A stretch of 64,000 bases of DNA from Promethearchaeota archaeon. Lineage in GTDB: Archaea > Asgardarchaeota > Lokiarchaeia > Sigyniarchaeales > SOKP01. The translations under genes were made by a program, and so were the position numbers. The notes beneath the pieces are model-generated. The model saw nothing but the letters and a program-made list of their open reading frames with translations. It was not told the origin of the DNA and made no database searches. Of this stretch, positions 50,595 through 60,062 are shown piece by piece. The stretch spans positions 1 to 64,000 of the forward strand of contig JAFGOA010000066.1 of assembly GCA_016926735.1 (NCBI GenBank), given 5' to 3'. Positions within the stretch are counted from its first letter, which is position 1. Every line of letters begins with the position of its first letter.

Positions 50595-51518
50595 ATGAAA
50601 GATAACAATAATAGAATAATAAAACACATTAGATTTTCAATTACCTCTCACTGTAATAGCAATTGTATATACTGTGATAAGGAAGGATTCACTCCTAAAA
50701 TGTCTGAATTAACTGTAGAAGAAATCACAAAATTATGTAAAATATTAGCTAAAGTTTTGAATGTATCTAAAATCAAACTTACAGGGGGAGAACCATTATG
50801 TCGAAAAGAAATAATTTCAATTGTAAAAAATATCTCAAATCTTGGATTCTATAAAGACATATCTATGACAACAAATGGATTATTGTTAGGTAAAAAAGCT
50901 AAAGAATTATTTGATGCAGGATTGAACAGAATTAATGTTTCTTTAGCTACTTTAAACCCACAGAGATATAAAAGAATATGTAATAATGATTCTTTAGAAA
51001 CAGTTCTTAAAGCACTAGAAATTTCTAAAGATATCGGATTTAATCCTATTAAAATTAACTACGTAATCTTGAAAAATATAAATGATGATGAATTTTGGAG
51101 TATGAGTGATTTTTGTAATAAAAAAGGATATATTTTACAATTGATAGAATTACATCAAGTAGCGAAATCAGTAGGAGGAGGTAATAATTTATTTTACCAA
51201 AATTATCATTATAACACTATTCCTCTAATCAAACAACTTGAAAAGAAATCTAATAAAACAATCATTCGTAGCAACATGCAAAATAGAAAAAAATTTATTT
51301 TATCTAATGGAGCTATTATCGAAACTATTGTACCAAGTCATGAATTCTGTATGGGCTGTACAAAATTAAGAATAGGATGTGATGGTAACTTATTTGGATG
51401 TTTGTTTCGATCAGATCTTGGAAAAAACCTGAAAGAATCCTTAAAAGCTCATTATTCCTTAGAAAAATATGATCAAATTATTAGACAAATTGTGGATTCA
51501 AGAGAGCCATATTATTAA
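50595..51518 (+). CDS. moaA: GTP 3',8-cyclase (radical SAM)
   Basis: RFSIT..CNSNCIYC, LTGGEP, TTNG, FCMGCTKLR..CLF. Confidence 0.93.
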   Translation: MKDNNNRIIKHIRFSITSHCNSNCIYCDKEGFTPKMSELTVEEITKLCKILAKVLNVSKIKLTGGEPLCRKEIISIVKNISNLGFYKDISMTTNGLLLGKKAKELFDAGLNRINVSLATLNPQRYKRICNNDSLETVLKALEISKDIGFNPIKINYVILKNINDDEFWSMSDFCNKKGYILQLIELHQVAKSVGGGNNLFYQNYHYNTIPLIKQLEKKSNKTIIRSNMQNRKKFILSNGAIIETIVPSHEFCMGCTKLRIGCDGNLFGCLFRSDLGKNLKESLKAHYSLEKYDQIIRQIVDSREPYY

Positions 51519-51564
51519 TTTTATATATATAAAATAAATTTTAAGAAAGAAGAAGTGAGTTAAG

Positions 51565-51843
51565 ATCGTAGTAGTACTTTATTTTGCTGAGTTTAAAGAT
51601 ATCTCAGGAAGAAACAAGGAATTGTTTACATTGAAGAAAAATAATCTGAAAGAATTAATTAATTTAATAATAAAAAAATATCCTAAAATTAGAGATTTTA
51701 TATTAAATAAAGAAGGAAATAAAATCAAAAAATCTATATCTATTGTTATTAACGATTCCATTGTACCAAATAAAGATGGTTTGGATATGATACTTAAAAA
51801 TCATGATAAAATAGCCTTTTTGCTTCCTTTTTCAGGAGGATGA
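51565..51843 (+). CDS. moaD: MoaD/SAMP ubiquitin-like sulfur carrier; likely ATC start
   Basis: C-terminal PFSGG. The conserved N-terminus VVVLYFAEFKDISG lies upstream of the ORF-track TTG with no ATG/GTG/TTG in frame. Confidence 0.85.
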   Translation: MVVVLYFAEFKDISGRNKELFTLKKNNLKELINLIIKKYPKIRDFILNKEGNKIKKSISIVINDSIVPNKDGLDMILKNHDKIAFLLPFSGG

Positions 51844-51847
51844 TAAT

Positions 51848-52297
51848 TTGAATAAAAAATCAGAAAAAAATATCGATTCAGGTATTTATCCAAAAGAAAA
51901 AATTACTTTTATGGATATTATCAACTCTATAAAAATAAATCCTAAAATTGATGAGGTTGGAAGTATATTAGCCTTTACAGGATTGGTTAGAAAGTCTTCT
52001 GAAGATAATAAACCAGTAAAGGGATTAATAATCGATGCTTATAAAGAACTTGCTGATAAGAATATAAAGAAGATTTGTGAGGATATTTTAAAAGAAGAAG
52101 GGATAATAGATATAAAAATTATTCATTTAATAGGAGAATTTTCAATATCAGAAGAGTTAGTTTATGTTATTATAGCAAGTGCTCATAGAAAGGAAGGTTT
52201 TAAAGGATTACAGACTGCAATAGAACGATATAAAAAAGAATTATCTATATGGAAAAAAGAGCTATATCTAGATAGGGAATCAAAATGGATTCATTAA
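51848..52297 (+). CDS. moaE: Molybdopterin synthase catalytic subunit
   Basis: GSILAFTGLVR, SAHRKEGF, IWKKE. Confidence 0.92.
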   Translation: MNKKSEKNIDSGIYPKEKITFMDIINSIKINPKIDEVGSILAFTGLVRKSSEDNKPVKGLIIDAYKELADKNIKKICEDILKEEGIIDIKIIHLIGEFSISEELVYVIIASAHRKEGFKGLQTAIERYKKELSIWKKELYLDRESKWIH

Positions 52298-52348
52298 AGA
52301 AGAAAAATTAAACATTTATTAAGAAAAAAAAAACAAAAAAAGAAAAAA

Positions 52349-53575
52349 ATGAAATTTCTAAATACAGTTAGCTATAAAGAATTAAGAAATATACTTGAGA
52401 ATATTTCATTTAATACATCTGAAGAAGAAATAATTTCCATAGATAAATCACTAAATAGAGTAATTTCAAAGGATATCTATAGTAAAATCAATGTACCTCA
52501 TTTTAAGAAATCTAGAATGGATGGATATGCAGTAATAGCTGAAGATATATTTGATGCTGAAGAAGATAATGTAATAACTCTTGAATTAATAGAAATTATT
52601 GATGCAGGAACCATCCCTCTAAAAAGAATAGAGAAGGGAAAATGTGCTTACGTTGCAACAGGCGCTGCAATACCAGAGGGAGCTAATGCAGTTATTATGG
52701 TCGAATTTACAATTAGAGAAAATAATAAAATTTTAATTTCTAAAGCTATTACTCCTGGAACATATATAGTTAATATTGGAGCAGATATCAAAGAAAAACA
52801 AAAAATATGTGATAAGGGACATCTTATTAATATATCTACATTAGGAGTACTTTCTTCTTGTGGAATTGAGAAAATACCCGTATTTAAAAAAATAAAAGTA
52901 GGTCTCATCAGTACAGGTAATGAAATAGTTCCAATAACCAGAAAAGACTTGAATATTGGAGAAATATACGATGTAAATTCCATTGTATTAAAAAATGCCA
53001 TGTTAAACACAGGAGTAGATGTAAAATTCTATGGTATAGTTAAAGATAATTTATCCGATTTAAAGGATATTATTTTAAAAACATTAACAGAAAGAGATAT
53101 TATTATTGTTTCTGGCGGAACATCTAAAGGTGAAGGTGATTTAGGACCACTTGTATTAAAAGAATTACAAAATATTGAACTTCTTATTCATGGTGTTAAA
53201 ATAAAACCAGGAAAACCATTCATTTTTGCCCAAATGAAAAATAAAATAATTTTTATACTTCCAGGTTATCCTACTTCTGCACTAAGTTGTTTTTATCTTA
53301 TTATTGAAAATTTTTTAAAGAAAGCATCTAGACTTCCTTTAAAAGAAAAAGATTCAAAAAGATTGGAAATAGGAGAAAGAATATATAGCACAATTGGGAG
53401 ATATGAATTTAAGCCGGTCCTTATTAAGAAAATTGAAGGAAAAAAAAAGATTTTCCCTATTAACACTGGTTCTGAAGCTATTAGTACAATGTATAATGCA
53501 AATGGATATATTGTAATAGAAGAATTAGAATCTATTGTTGAAAAAGGAGAATTTAGAAATTTTTATAAATTTTAG
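52349..53575 (+). CDS. moeA: Molybdopterin molybdo/tungstotransferase MoeA (copy 1)
   Basis: SRMDGYAV, STGNE, SGGTSKG, KPGKP, LPGYP. Confidence 0.92.
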   Translation: MKFLNTVSYKELRNILENISFNTSEEEIISIDKSLNRVISKDIYSKINVPHFKKSRMDGYAVIAEDIFDAEEDNVITLELIEIIDAGTIPLKRIEKGKCAYVATGAAIPEGANAVIMVEFTIRENNKILISKAITPGTYIVNIGADIKEKQKICDKGHLINISTLGVLSSCGIEKIPVFKKIKVGLISTGNEIVPITRKDLNIGEIYDVNSIVLKNAMLNTGVDVKFYGIVKDNLSDLKDIILKTLTERDIIIVSGGTSKGEGDLGPLVLKELQNIELLIHGVKIKPGKPFIFAQMKNKIIFILPGYPTSALSCFYLIIENFLKKASRLPLKEKDSKRLEIGERIYSTIGRYEFKPVLIKKIEGKKKIFPINTGSEAISTMYNANGYIVIEELESIVEKGEFRNFYKF

Positions 53576-53596
53576 ATAAAAATTAAATAATATATT

Positions 53597-54133
53597 ATGA
53601 AAACTCACGAAGAACATAAATTATATGGACCAAAAAAAGTCAATATTGCATTAGTTGTTGTAAGTACAAGTCGATTTAAAGAGCTGAAGCTTAATATAGA
53701 TACAACTGATAAAACTATTCCTTTAGTTAAGAAAATTTTAATGAACAAGAATGATATTATTTTAAAAACAATCAAAATTATACCCGATTCCAAAGATTAT
53801 ATTTTAAATACTTTAGATTTATTACTTAAAAAGAAAGAAATTAATTCTATAGTTTTTAGTGGTGGTACTGGATTATCAAAAAAAGACATTACTTATGATA
53901 TTATTCAACCAAGATTGGAAAAAGAAATCCTTGGATTTGGGGAGATATTTAGATTTTTATCATACCAAGAAATTGGCTCTTCATCAGTTTTGTCAAGAGC
54001 TACTGCCGGAGTAATATTTAATAAGGTTATTTTTTTATTACCTGGATCTCCAAATGCTGTCAAATTAGCGTTCTGTAAAATAATAATTCCAGAAATTAAA
54101 CACATGACTTATATAATTAATAAAAAAGAATGA
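53597..54133 (+). CDS. moaB: Molybdopterin adenylyltransferase MoaB/Mog
   Basis: VSTSR, SGGTG..DIT, GFGEIFR, SRATAG, LPGSPNA. Confidence 0.92.
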   Translation: MKTHEEHKLYGPKKVNIALVVVSTSRFKELKLNIDTTDKTIPLVKKILMNKNDIILKTIKIIPDSKDYILNTLDLLLKKKEINSIVFSGGTGLSKKDITYDIIQPRLEKEILGFGEIFRFLSYQEIGSSSVLSRATAGVIFNKVIFLLPGSPNAVKLAFCKIIIPEIKHMTYIINKKE

Positions 54134-54139
54134 GATTAT

Positions 54140-55387
54140 ATGAATAGATTACATCAAATAGGATTTTCAAAATTATCTTCAGTTGAAGATTCACTAAAAA
54201 AAATATTTTCTGTAATTGGATTAACATCTATAATTCAAATTAATACTAAAGATGCTTTAAATCATAATGTAGCTAATAATATTAAAAGTATTGCTGATGT
54301 TCCTTATTTTGATAGATCTGCTATGGACGGATATGCTATAAAGGCAGAAGATACATTTGGAGCTTCTATAAATTCACCTAAATATTTTAAAAAAATTGGA
54401 AAGATAGAAATAGATGAACTATCAAAAATTACAATAAATTCCTTTGAAACAGTAAAAATATCTACAGGTGCTCAAATTCCTGATGGGGCCAATGCCGTGA
54501 TAAAAATTGAGGAAACTGAAATAAAAGGAAATACCATTAAAATCTATAACTCCATAGTTCCTAATGCAAACATTTCTAAACGTGGAAGTGATACAAAAAA
54601 AGGAGAAATCATCATTGAAAATGGTATTCAAATAAAACCAGAACATATAGCATTATTATGTTCTCAAGGTATTCAAAAAATTAACGTAAGAAAAAAACCA
54701 AATATAAGTATTTTCTCCACAGGAAATGAATTAATAGATATAGAAAATACACGTGAAGGTCGACAAATATATGATTCTAATACGCCTATGATCTCAAACT
54801 TAGTTAGAATTTATGGTGGGATAGTAATTGAAGAAAAAATTATTAGAGATAATAAGGATTTAATAAAAAAAGAATTATTAGATGCCTTAAACAAATCAGA
54901 TATAATTATCTTTTCTGGTGGTACATCAGTAGGAACCAGAGATTATCTTCCAGAAATAATGAATCAAATAGCAAAAGTATTAATACATGGTGTTGCTATG
55001 AGACCAGGAGCGCCAATTTTAATTGCAACCAAAAATAATAAGTTAATTTTTTGTTTACCCGGTACTCCAGTTGCTTCTTATATCGGATTTTTGATATTTG
55101 TAGGACCATCTATAAAAAAAAAAATGAATTCAAATATATTGGATCCAAGAGAAAAATGTGTTGCCATAATTAATCAAGATGTTCCTGTTTCTTCTATGGG
55201 ATATATACATAATTTAAGAGTTAAACTAGAGTTCATTAAAAATTCTCTAGTTGCTATTCCAATCAGATTAAAAGGATCAAGCCTAATAAGTTCTTTAACA
55301 AATTCCGATGGAATTGTTGAAATATTACCCTTTCAAGAGGGAATAAAAAAAGGAGATAATGTAATTGTAAAATTACATCCAAAATGA
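54140..55387 (+). CDS. moeA: MoeA (copy 2)
   Basis: FDRSAMDGYA, STGNEL, SGGTSVG..D, RPGAP, LPGTP. Confidence 0.92.
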   Translation: MNRLHQIGFSKLSSVEDSLKKIFSVIGLTSIIQINTKDALNHNVANNIKSIADVPYFDRSAMDGYAIKAEDTFGASINSPKYFKKIGKIEIDELSKITINSFETVKISTGAQIPDGANAVIKIEETEIKGNTIKIYNSIVPNANISKRGSDTKKGEIIIENGIQIKPEHIALLCSQGIQKINVRKKPNISIFSTGNELIDIENTREGRQIYDSNTPMISNLVRIYGGIVIEEKIIRDNKDLIKKELLDALNKSDIIIFSGGTSVGTRDYLPEIMNQIAKVLIHGVAMRPGAPILIATKNNKLIFCLPGTPVASYIGFLIFVGPSIKKKMNSNILDPREKCVAIINQDVPVSSMGYIHNLRVKLEFIKNSLVAIPIRLKGSSLISSLTNSDGIVEILPFQEGIKKGDNVIVKLHPK

Positions 55388-55634
55388 TATTGTAAATAGA
55401 ATTCTCACAAGAAATAAATTAAATTCTCTCATTTAAAGAAGATTATTGATAATCTGAAAAAATTCTTAATTTCTCATTATAAATATATCACCAATAAAAC
55501 TTATTCAAAAAGATAAAAGTCAATTATATATCTTGTTATAAGCACTAAAATTTTTTTTTTTTTATTTTATAAGTAGTATTAATTTATTATAATAAAAATT
55601 TAAAATTTGTTTTCATTTTTACATTTACATTATT

Positions 55635-56501
55635 ATGAGTACAGATAAAATAAAAGAGATACAAGAAAAATATAATATCATTGGTAGAGTAGATGAAATT
55701 AGAAAAATCCTATTAGCGCGCTCAGTTGGCAAAAATATCCTTATTGAGGGTGAAGTAGGAGTAGGTAAAACAACTTTAGCAGATGCTATTTCTATATATT
55801 ATGATTCAGATTTTTATCGTATTGATTGTTCTGAAGAGACTCTTACACATAATTTAATTGGGTTTTTTGATCCTCCATTGGTCATTTCAAATGGATATGT
55901 AGAAGATTCTTATGTTTTTGGTCCATTAACATTAGCTATGAAAAATGGTGGATGTCTATTTATAAATGAAATTAATCGAATGCCAGAAAGTACTCAAAAC
56001 TCTTTATTAACAGCTTTAGATGAAAAAATTCTTGAAATACCTAAATTAAAAACAATTACTGCAAAAGATGGATTTTTCATAATAGCTACACTTAATCCTT
56101 CTGCTCATGTTGGAGTCAATGTACTTGGAGAAGCTATAATGGACCGGTTTATTTGGATTAAGCTTGATTATCAATCACCAGAAGAGGAACGAGAAATAAT
56201 TAAACAAGTTTTAGATAATATGAGTAACTTAGATGATAATATTATTGATATTTCACAGAAAATTATTGGAGCTACAAGAAAAATAGTATCAATAAGGAGA
56301 GGAAGCTCCATTAGAGGAGGTATAGATTTAGCAGCCCTAATTTCTCAATATGATAATCATCAAAGTACTCAAAATTGGATAGAAGCAGCAGTAATGGCCT
56401 TATTTAATAAAATTGAACTTGAGGATGGAAGTACTAAAACAAAGAACGAAATTATCTCTGATATTGTATTATCCGTATTAAATAAATCTGATTTTCAGTA
56501 A
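55635..56501 (+). CDS. MoxR-family AAA+ ATPase
   Basis: GEVGVGKT, FINEINR, ATLNP, DRF, SIRG. Confidence 0.9.
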   Translation: MSTDKIKEIQEKYNIIGRVDEIRKILLARSVGKNILIEGEVGVGKTTLADAISIYYDSDFYRIDCSEETLTHNLIGFFDPPLVISNGYVEDSYVFGPLTLAMKNGGCLFINEINRMPESTQNSLLTALDEKILEIPKLKTITAKDGFFIIATLNPSAHVGVNVLGEAIMDRFIWIKLDYQSPEEEREIIKQVLDNMSNLDDNIIDISQKIIGATRKIVSIRRGSSIRGGIDLAALISQYDNHQSTQNWIEAAVMALFNKIELEDGSTKTKNEIISDIVLSVLNKSDFQ

Positions 56502-56518
56502 TCGATGATCTTTCTGAT

Positions 56519-57613
56519 GTGAAATATCAAGAGAGGGAGAATAAAAGATTACATGTAAGAAATACTGATCTTCCCTCAGATAGGGATATCTTACGCTTAG
56601 AAATTATTAGAAAAAAGAAAAAAAGACCAAGTTACTATCAACATCTGGCAAATACATTAGATTATAAACAAATTAAAGAATTAACTTATACTGCAATTGA
56701 ACATAAAAATTTAGAAGCAATACAAGGATTATTAAAATCCAATGTCTATGCAGCCACAGATGCATTAGATTGTGATGATGGAGTACGATTTTTTTCAGAA
56801 AAGGCAAAAGAAAATTCAGGATTTATGCCTGAAGTATATTTCTTTATCAGACGCCCAATATCTGAAAAATATAGATATATTTTCCGAAGATTAGCTCGTC
56901 AAAGTATATTATCATCATCTTTAAAGATTACCAGTAAGGGTATAAGAGGATATAAGAGAAAAACTTTACCCTATTATAAATTAAATATGGTAGAGTTCAA
57001 TATAGATGAAACAATTCAACATAATCCTTTAAAAATACAAAATAAATCACTAACTTATAAAGATATATATGGAATCAAGAGAAAACGTCAGAAAAGAAAA
57101 GTTGTCTTAATTCTTGATACTAGTGGAAGTATGTTTGGGCGACTATTATTAAATGCTGCTTTAACTACTTCAGTATTAGCACATAATCTAGATAAAGAAA
57201 ATTATTCGATTATATTATTCAATTCAACAGCAATGGTTCTAAAAGGAATAAACGAAAAGAAACAAATAAATACAATTATAGATGAAATATTAGATTCTGA
57301 AGCAGTGGGATTTACAAATATTTCAATTGGTCTTGAAAAAGGATTAAATGAATTAAATAAACTTCAAAAAAGATCTAAAAATGAATTTGCTATATTGATC
57401 ACTGATGGAGATTATAATCGTGGTGAAAATCCCATCAATATAGCTAGAAATTTTCCAAAACTTCATGTTATTGGAATACCTCCAGATAATAACGCTAATA
57501 CAGGTATAAATACATGTAAGGAAATTGCAAAACAAGGAAGAGGAAAATTTTTTGCTGTAAATGATTATAAAGAAATACCTTGGACCCTAATAAATATTTT
57601 AGCTAAAAATTAG
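56519..57613 (+). CDS. von Willebrand factor A domain protein (MoxR partner)
   Basis: MIDAS DTSGSM, TNI..GL, LITDG. Confidence 0.88.
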   Translation: MKYQERENKRLHVRNTDLPSDRDILRLEIIRKKKKRPSYYQHLANTLDYKQIKELTYTAIEHKNLEAIQGLLKSNVYAATDALDCDDGVRFFSEKAKENSGFMPEVYFFIRRPISEKYRYIFRRLARQSILSSSLKITSKGIRGYKRKTLPYYKLNMVEFNIDETIQHNPLKIQNKSLTYKDIYGIKRKRQKRKVVLILDTSGSMFGRLLLNAALTTSVLAHNLDKENYSIILFNSTAMVLKGINEKKQINTIIDEILDSEAVGFTNISIGLEKGLNELNKLQKRSKNEFAILITDGDYNRGENPINIARNFPKLHVIGIPPDNNANTGINTCKEIAKQGRGKFFAVNDYKEIPWTLINILAKN

Positions 57614-57826
57614 AGGTAGATGGTTATAAATAACTAAGTGGAAATAGTAATTGACTTGATTCTTCTATAATATTTAAATAGAACAAAATCAAAAATTATT
57701 ATAGAAAAGATTAATTAAAAAGTAAATTTTTAAAAATTTTTGAACAAATTTTTTCTCTTTAATGATCAAAATTTGCAATATTTCAAAATATAAAAAATAA
57801 TATTAAAATCAATAAATGAATCACTC

Positions 57827-58585
57827 ATGAATAAATACACTAGGATGTTTTCAATTGGTTTAGAACACCCAAGTGTTAAGCAAGTTATGGAAATTGCCGA
57901 AGAAATTATAAATGATCATAAAATTTTAAATATAAATTCACTCTATATTAGAGCAAAAAAAAAACTAAAAATTCCTCGTAAAGGACTAAATATAATTATA
58001 GAACTTTTATTAAACAATAAAATTTTAGTAGATCGTTCAAGATATACAAAAAATTCGGTTTTATCTAATGATATACGTAAAAAGATTTATAATCTTCTAC
58101 AAGTTAATATAGGATTACATTTTTCACTAATTAGAAAAATAATTTATTCTGATAATAAATCAGAAAGTTCTGGTGAACTCATTTGGCATTTGGATATGCT
58201 TATGAAATTTAATTATATAAAGAAGGTAAATTTTCATAATTATACTATTTTTATTCCTTCTGATATTGATGATGATATCGGTATTATATCTTTTCTTTTA
58301 AATGATACTTTGAATAATAAAATAATAAATCTATTGATTTCCAATGATACTCTTAAAAAAAAACAGATACACGATATTTTAAAAGAAAAAAGAGAAAATA
58401 TTAACTACCATTTGAATATACTAATTGATAACGACATAATTCAATATACTGACAACAATAAATTAATCTTGAGAAAAGATTTAAGAAAAAAAACCATTAA
58501 ATTATTAAGAGAAATAGTAAAGAAAAAAAAGATAGATTATATGAATGTGAATCAATACACTAATTTAAAGAAGGAGGAGTCTTAA
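57827..58585 (+). CDS. Winged-helix (ArsR-like, tandem HTH) transcriptional regulator
   Basis: RKKIYNLL...GLHFS..LIWHL..L and NINYHLNIL..II. Confidence 0.75.
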   Translation: MNKYTRMFSIGLEHPSVKQVMEIAEEIINDHKILNINSLYIRAKKKLKIPRKGLNIIIELLLNNKILVDRSRYTKNSVLSNDIRKKIYNLLQVNIGLHFSLIRKIIYSDNKSESSGELIWHLDMLMKFNYIKKVNFHNYTIFIPSDIDDDIGIISFLLNDTLNNKIINLLISNDTLKKKQIHDILKEKRENINYHLNILIDNDIIQYTDNNKLILRKDLRKKTIKLLREIVKKKKIDYMNVNQYTNLKKEES

Positions 58586-58588
58586 AAA

Positions 58589-59875
58589 ATGGAAATCAAT
58601 TGGATTCCAACAGCAATTTCTGATTTTATTGTTAGTTTTATTTGTATAATTGGTACAATTATTATCTTAAAAAAATCAAAAATTAGACATCTAAAATCAA
58701 TTTTTTTCTTCAAATTAACCCTTTTATTCATGAGTTTTTATTCTTTATCCAATGGATTAGCTGATCTATTTATGTATGAATTGTATAAACAATTCCATGG
58801 AATATTCCTTTTTATGTTATCTGTATTTTTAATTATTGGTATTAATTATATCAGAAAAGAAACATTTTTGTCATACCTTTTATTGATTGTTTTTGGATTT
58901 GGATTTTTATTAATTTCTCTAAGTTTTACACCAGGTAATATTCAATCGGCTATAGAATCAGGATTTCATAGAATTATATGGAAAAATGAGTTATCTATAG
59001 TTGGAACATTAATTGAAATTATCACAACATCATATCTTTTTTATTATGGTTTAAAAACACTACAAAATGTTCCAATTTTAATTAGAAAAGATGGTCTACT
59101 ATTTTTCTTTAGTATTTTTACAATTTTTCCACTTAGTATCATAGTATATTTATTTTTCAATATCTCTCCCTATAATATAATAATCTCAAATTTTTTCTTC
59201 TCAATCGGAATGTTAATTTTTATTATTTCTATTTCAAGAGAGCCTAAACTTTTATATATATTACCTTTTACATTATATCGAATTCTTGTAAAAGATAGAG
59301 AAGGATATCCATTGTTTGATCATGATTGGGCTGAATCAAATATAAATGAAACGCTTTTTACAGGTTTTATTAACTCTGTACAAATTATGAGTGAGGAAGT
59401 AATGAAAGTTGGTGGATTATTAGACATTAATCTTAGTGAAGGTATACTTGTTTTACATGAATTGGACTATATTACTATAGGTCTTGTTGCTTCAAAATCC
59501 TCGAGATTATTAAAAGACTCTTTGGTTAATTTTTCAAACGAATTTCAAGATCGATTTCAAAGAGAACTCAAGCAATCAGATAGAGATAAAAACACTTATT
59601 TTTCTGCATATGAATTGATTGATAAATATTTCTCCAATTTTCCTTATAAATTTGTAAAAAGTAGAAGAGATCCACTTTTCTTGATAAACAAACAAAAGCA
59701 AATTCCAATAGCACTTGATAATAAATTAAAAGAGATCTTTAAGGATGAAAAAGACTATAATATAAAAATACAAGAACTGCTCAAAAATCCTTATGGAATA
59801 TCAACTTCATTTTTTGATCTTTATGATGAATTGAAAGAAAAGTATAAATTAAAATTAGGAGAAGATAATAAATAG
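58589..59875 (+). CDS. Multi-TM (about 7) protein with C-terminal longin-like domain
   Basis: About 7 hydrophobic helices, then YRILVKDREGYPLF..LFTGF..F..EFQ. Confidence 0.72.
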   Translation: MEINWIPTAISDFIVSFICIIGTIIILKKSKIRHLKSIFFFKLTLLFMSFYSLSNGLADLFMYELYKQFHGIFLFMLSVFLIIGINYIRKETFLSYLLLIVFGFGFLLISLSFTPGNIQSAIESGFHRIIWKNELSIVGTLIEIITTSYLFYYGLKTLQNVPILIRKDGLLFFFSIFTIFPLSIIVYLFFNISPYNIIISNFFFSIGMLIFIISISREPKLLYILPFTLYRILVKDREGYPLFDHDWAESNINETLFTGFINSVQIMSEEVMKVGGLLDINLSEGILVLHELDYITIGLVASKSSRLLKDSLVNFSNEFQDRFQRELKQSDRDKNTYFSAYELIDKYFSNFPYKFVKSRRDPLFLINKQKQIPIALDNKLKEIFKDEKDYNIKIQELLKNPYGISTSFFDLYDELKEKYKLKLGEDNK

Positions 59876-60062
59876 ATATATATTATCTCTATTCTTTTTC
59901 TCCTATTCTATTTTTATAAATAAATGATCTGGAAAAAATTGGTCTAAACTATTTTATAAATGATCTTAAATGCACTTCATCTAATAAAAAAACTTTAATC
60001 TAAAAAATCAACTGCTTTAGATTTAAGTATAAAAAAAAAGAGTCTAATGAAGTGTAAGATAT

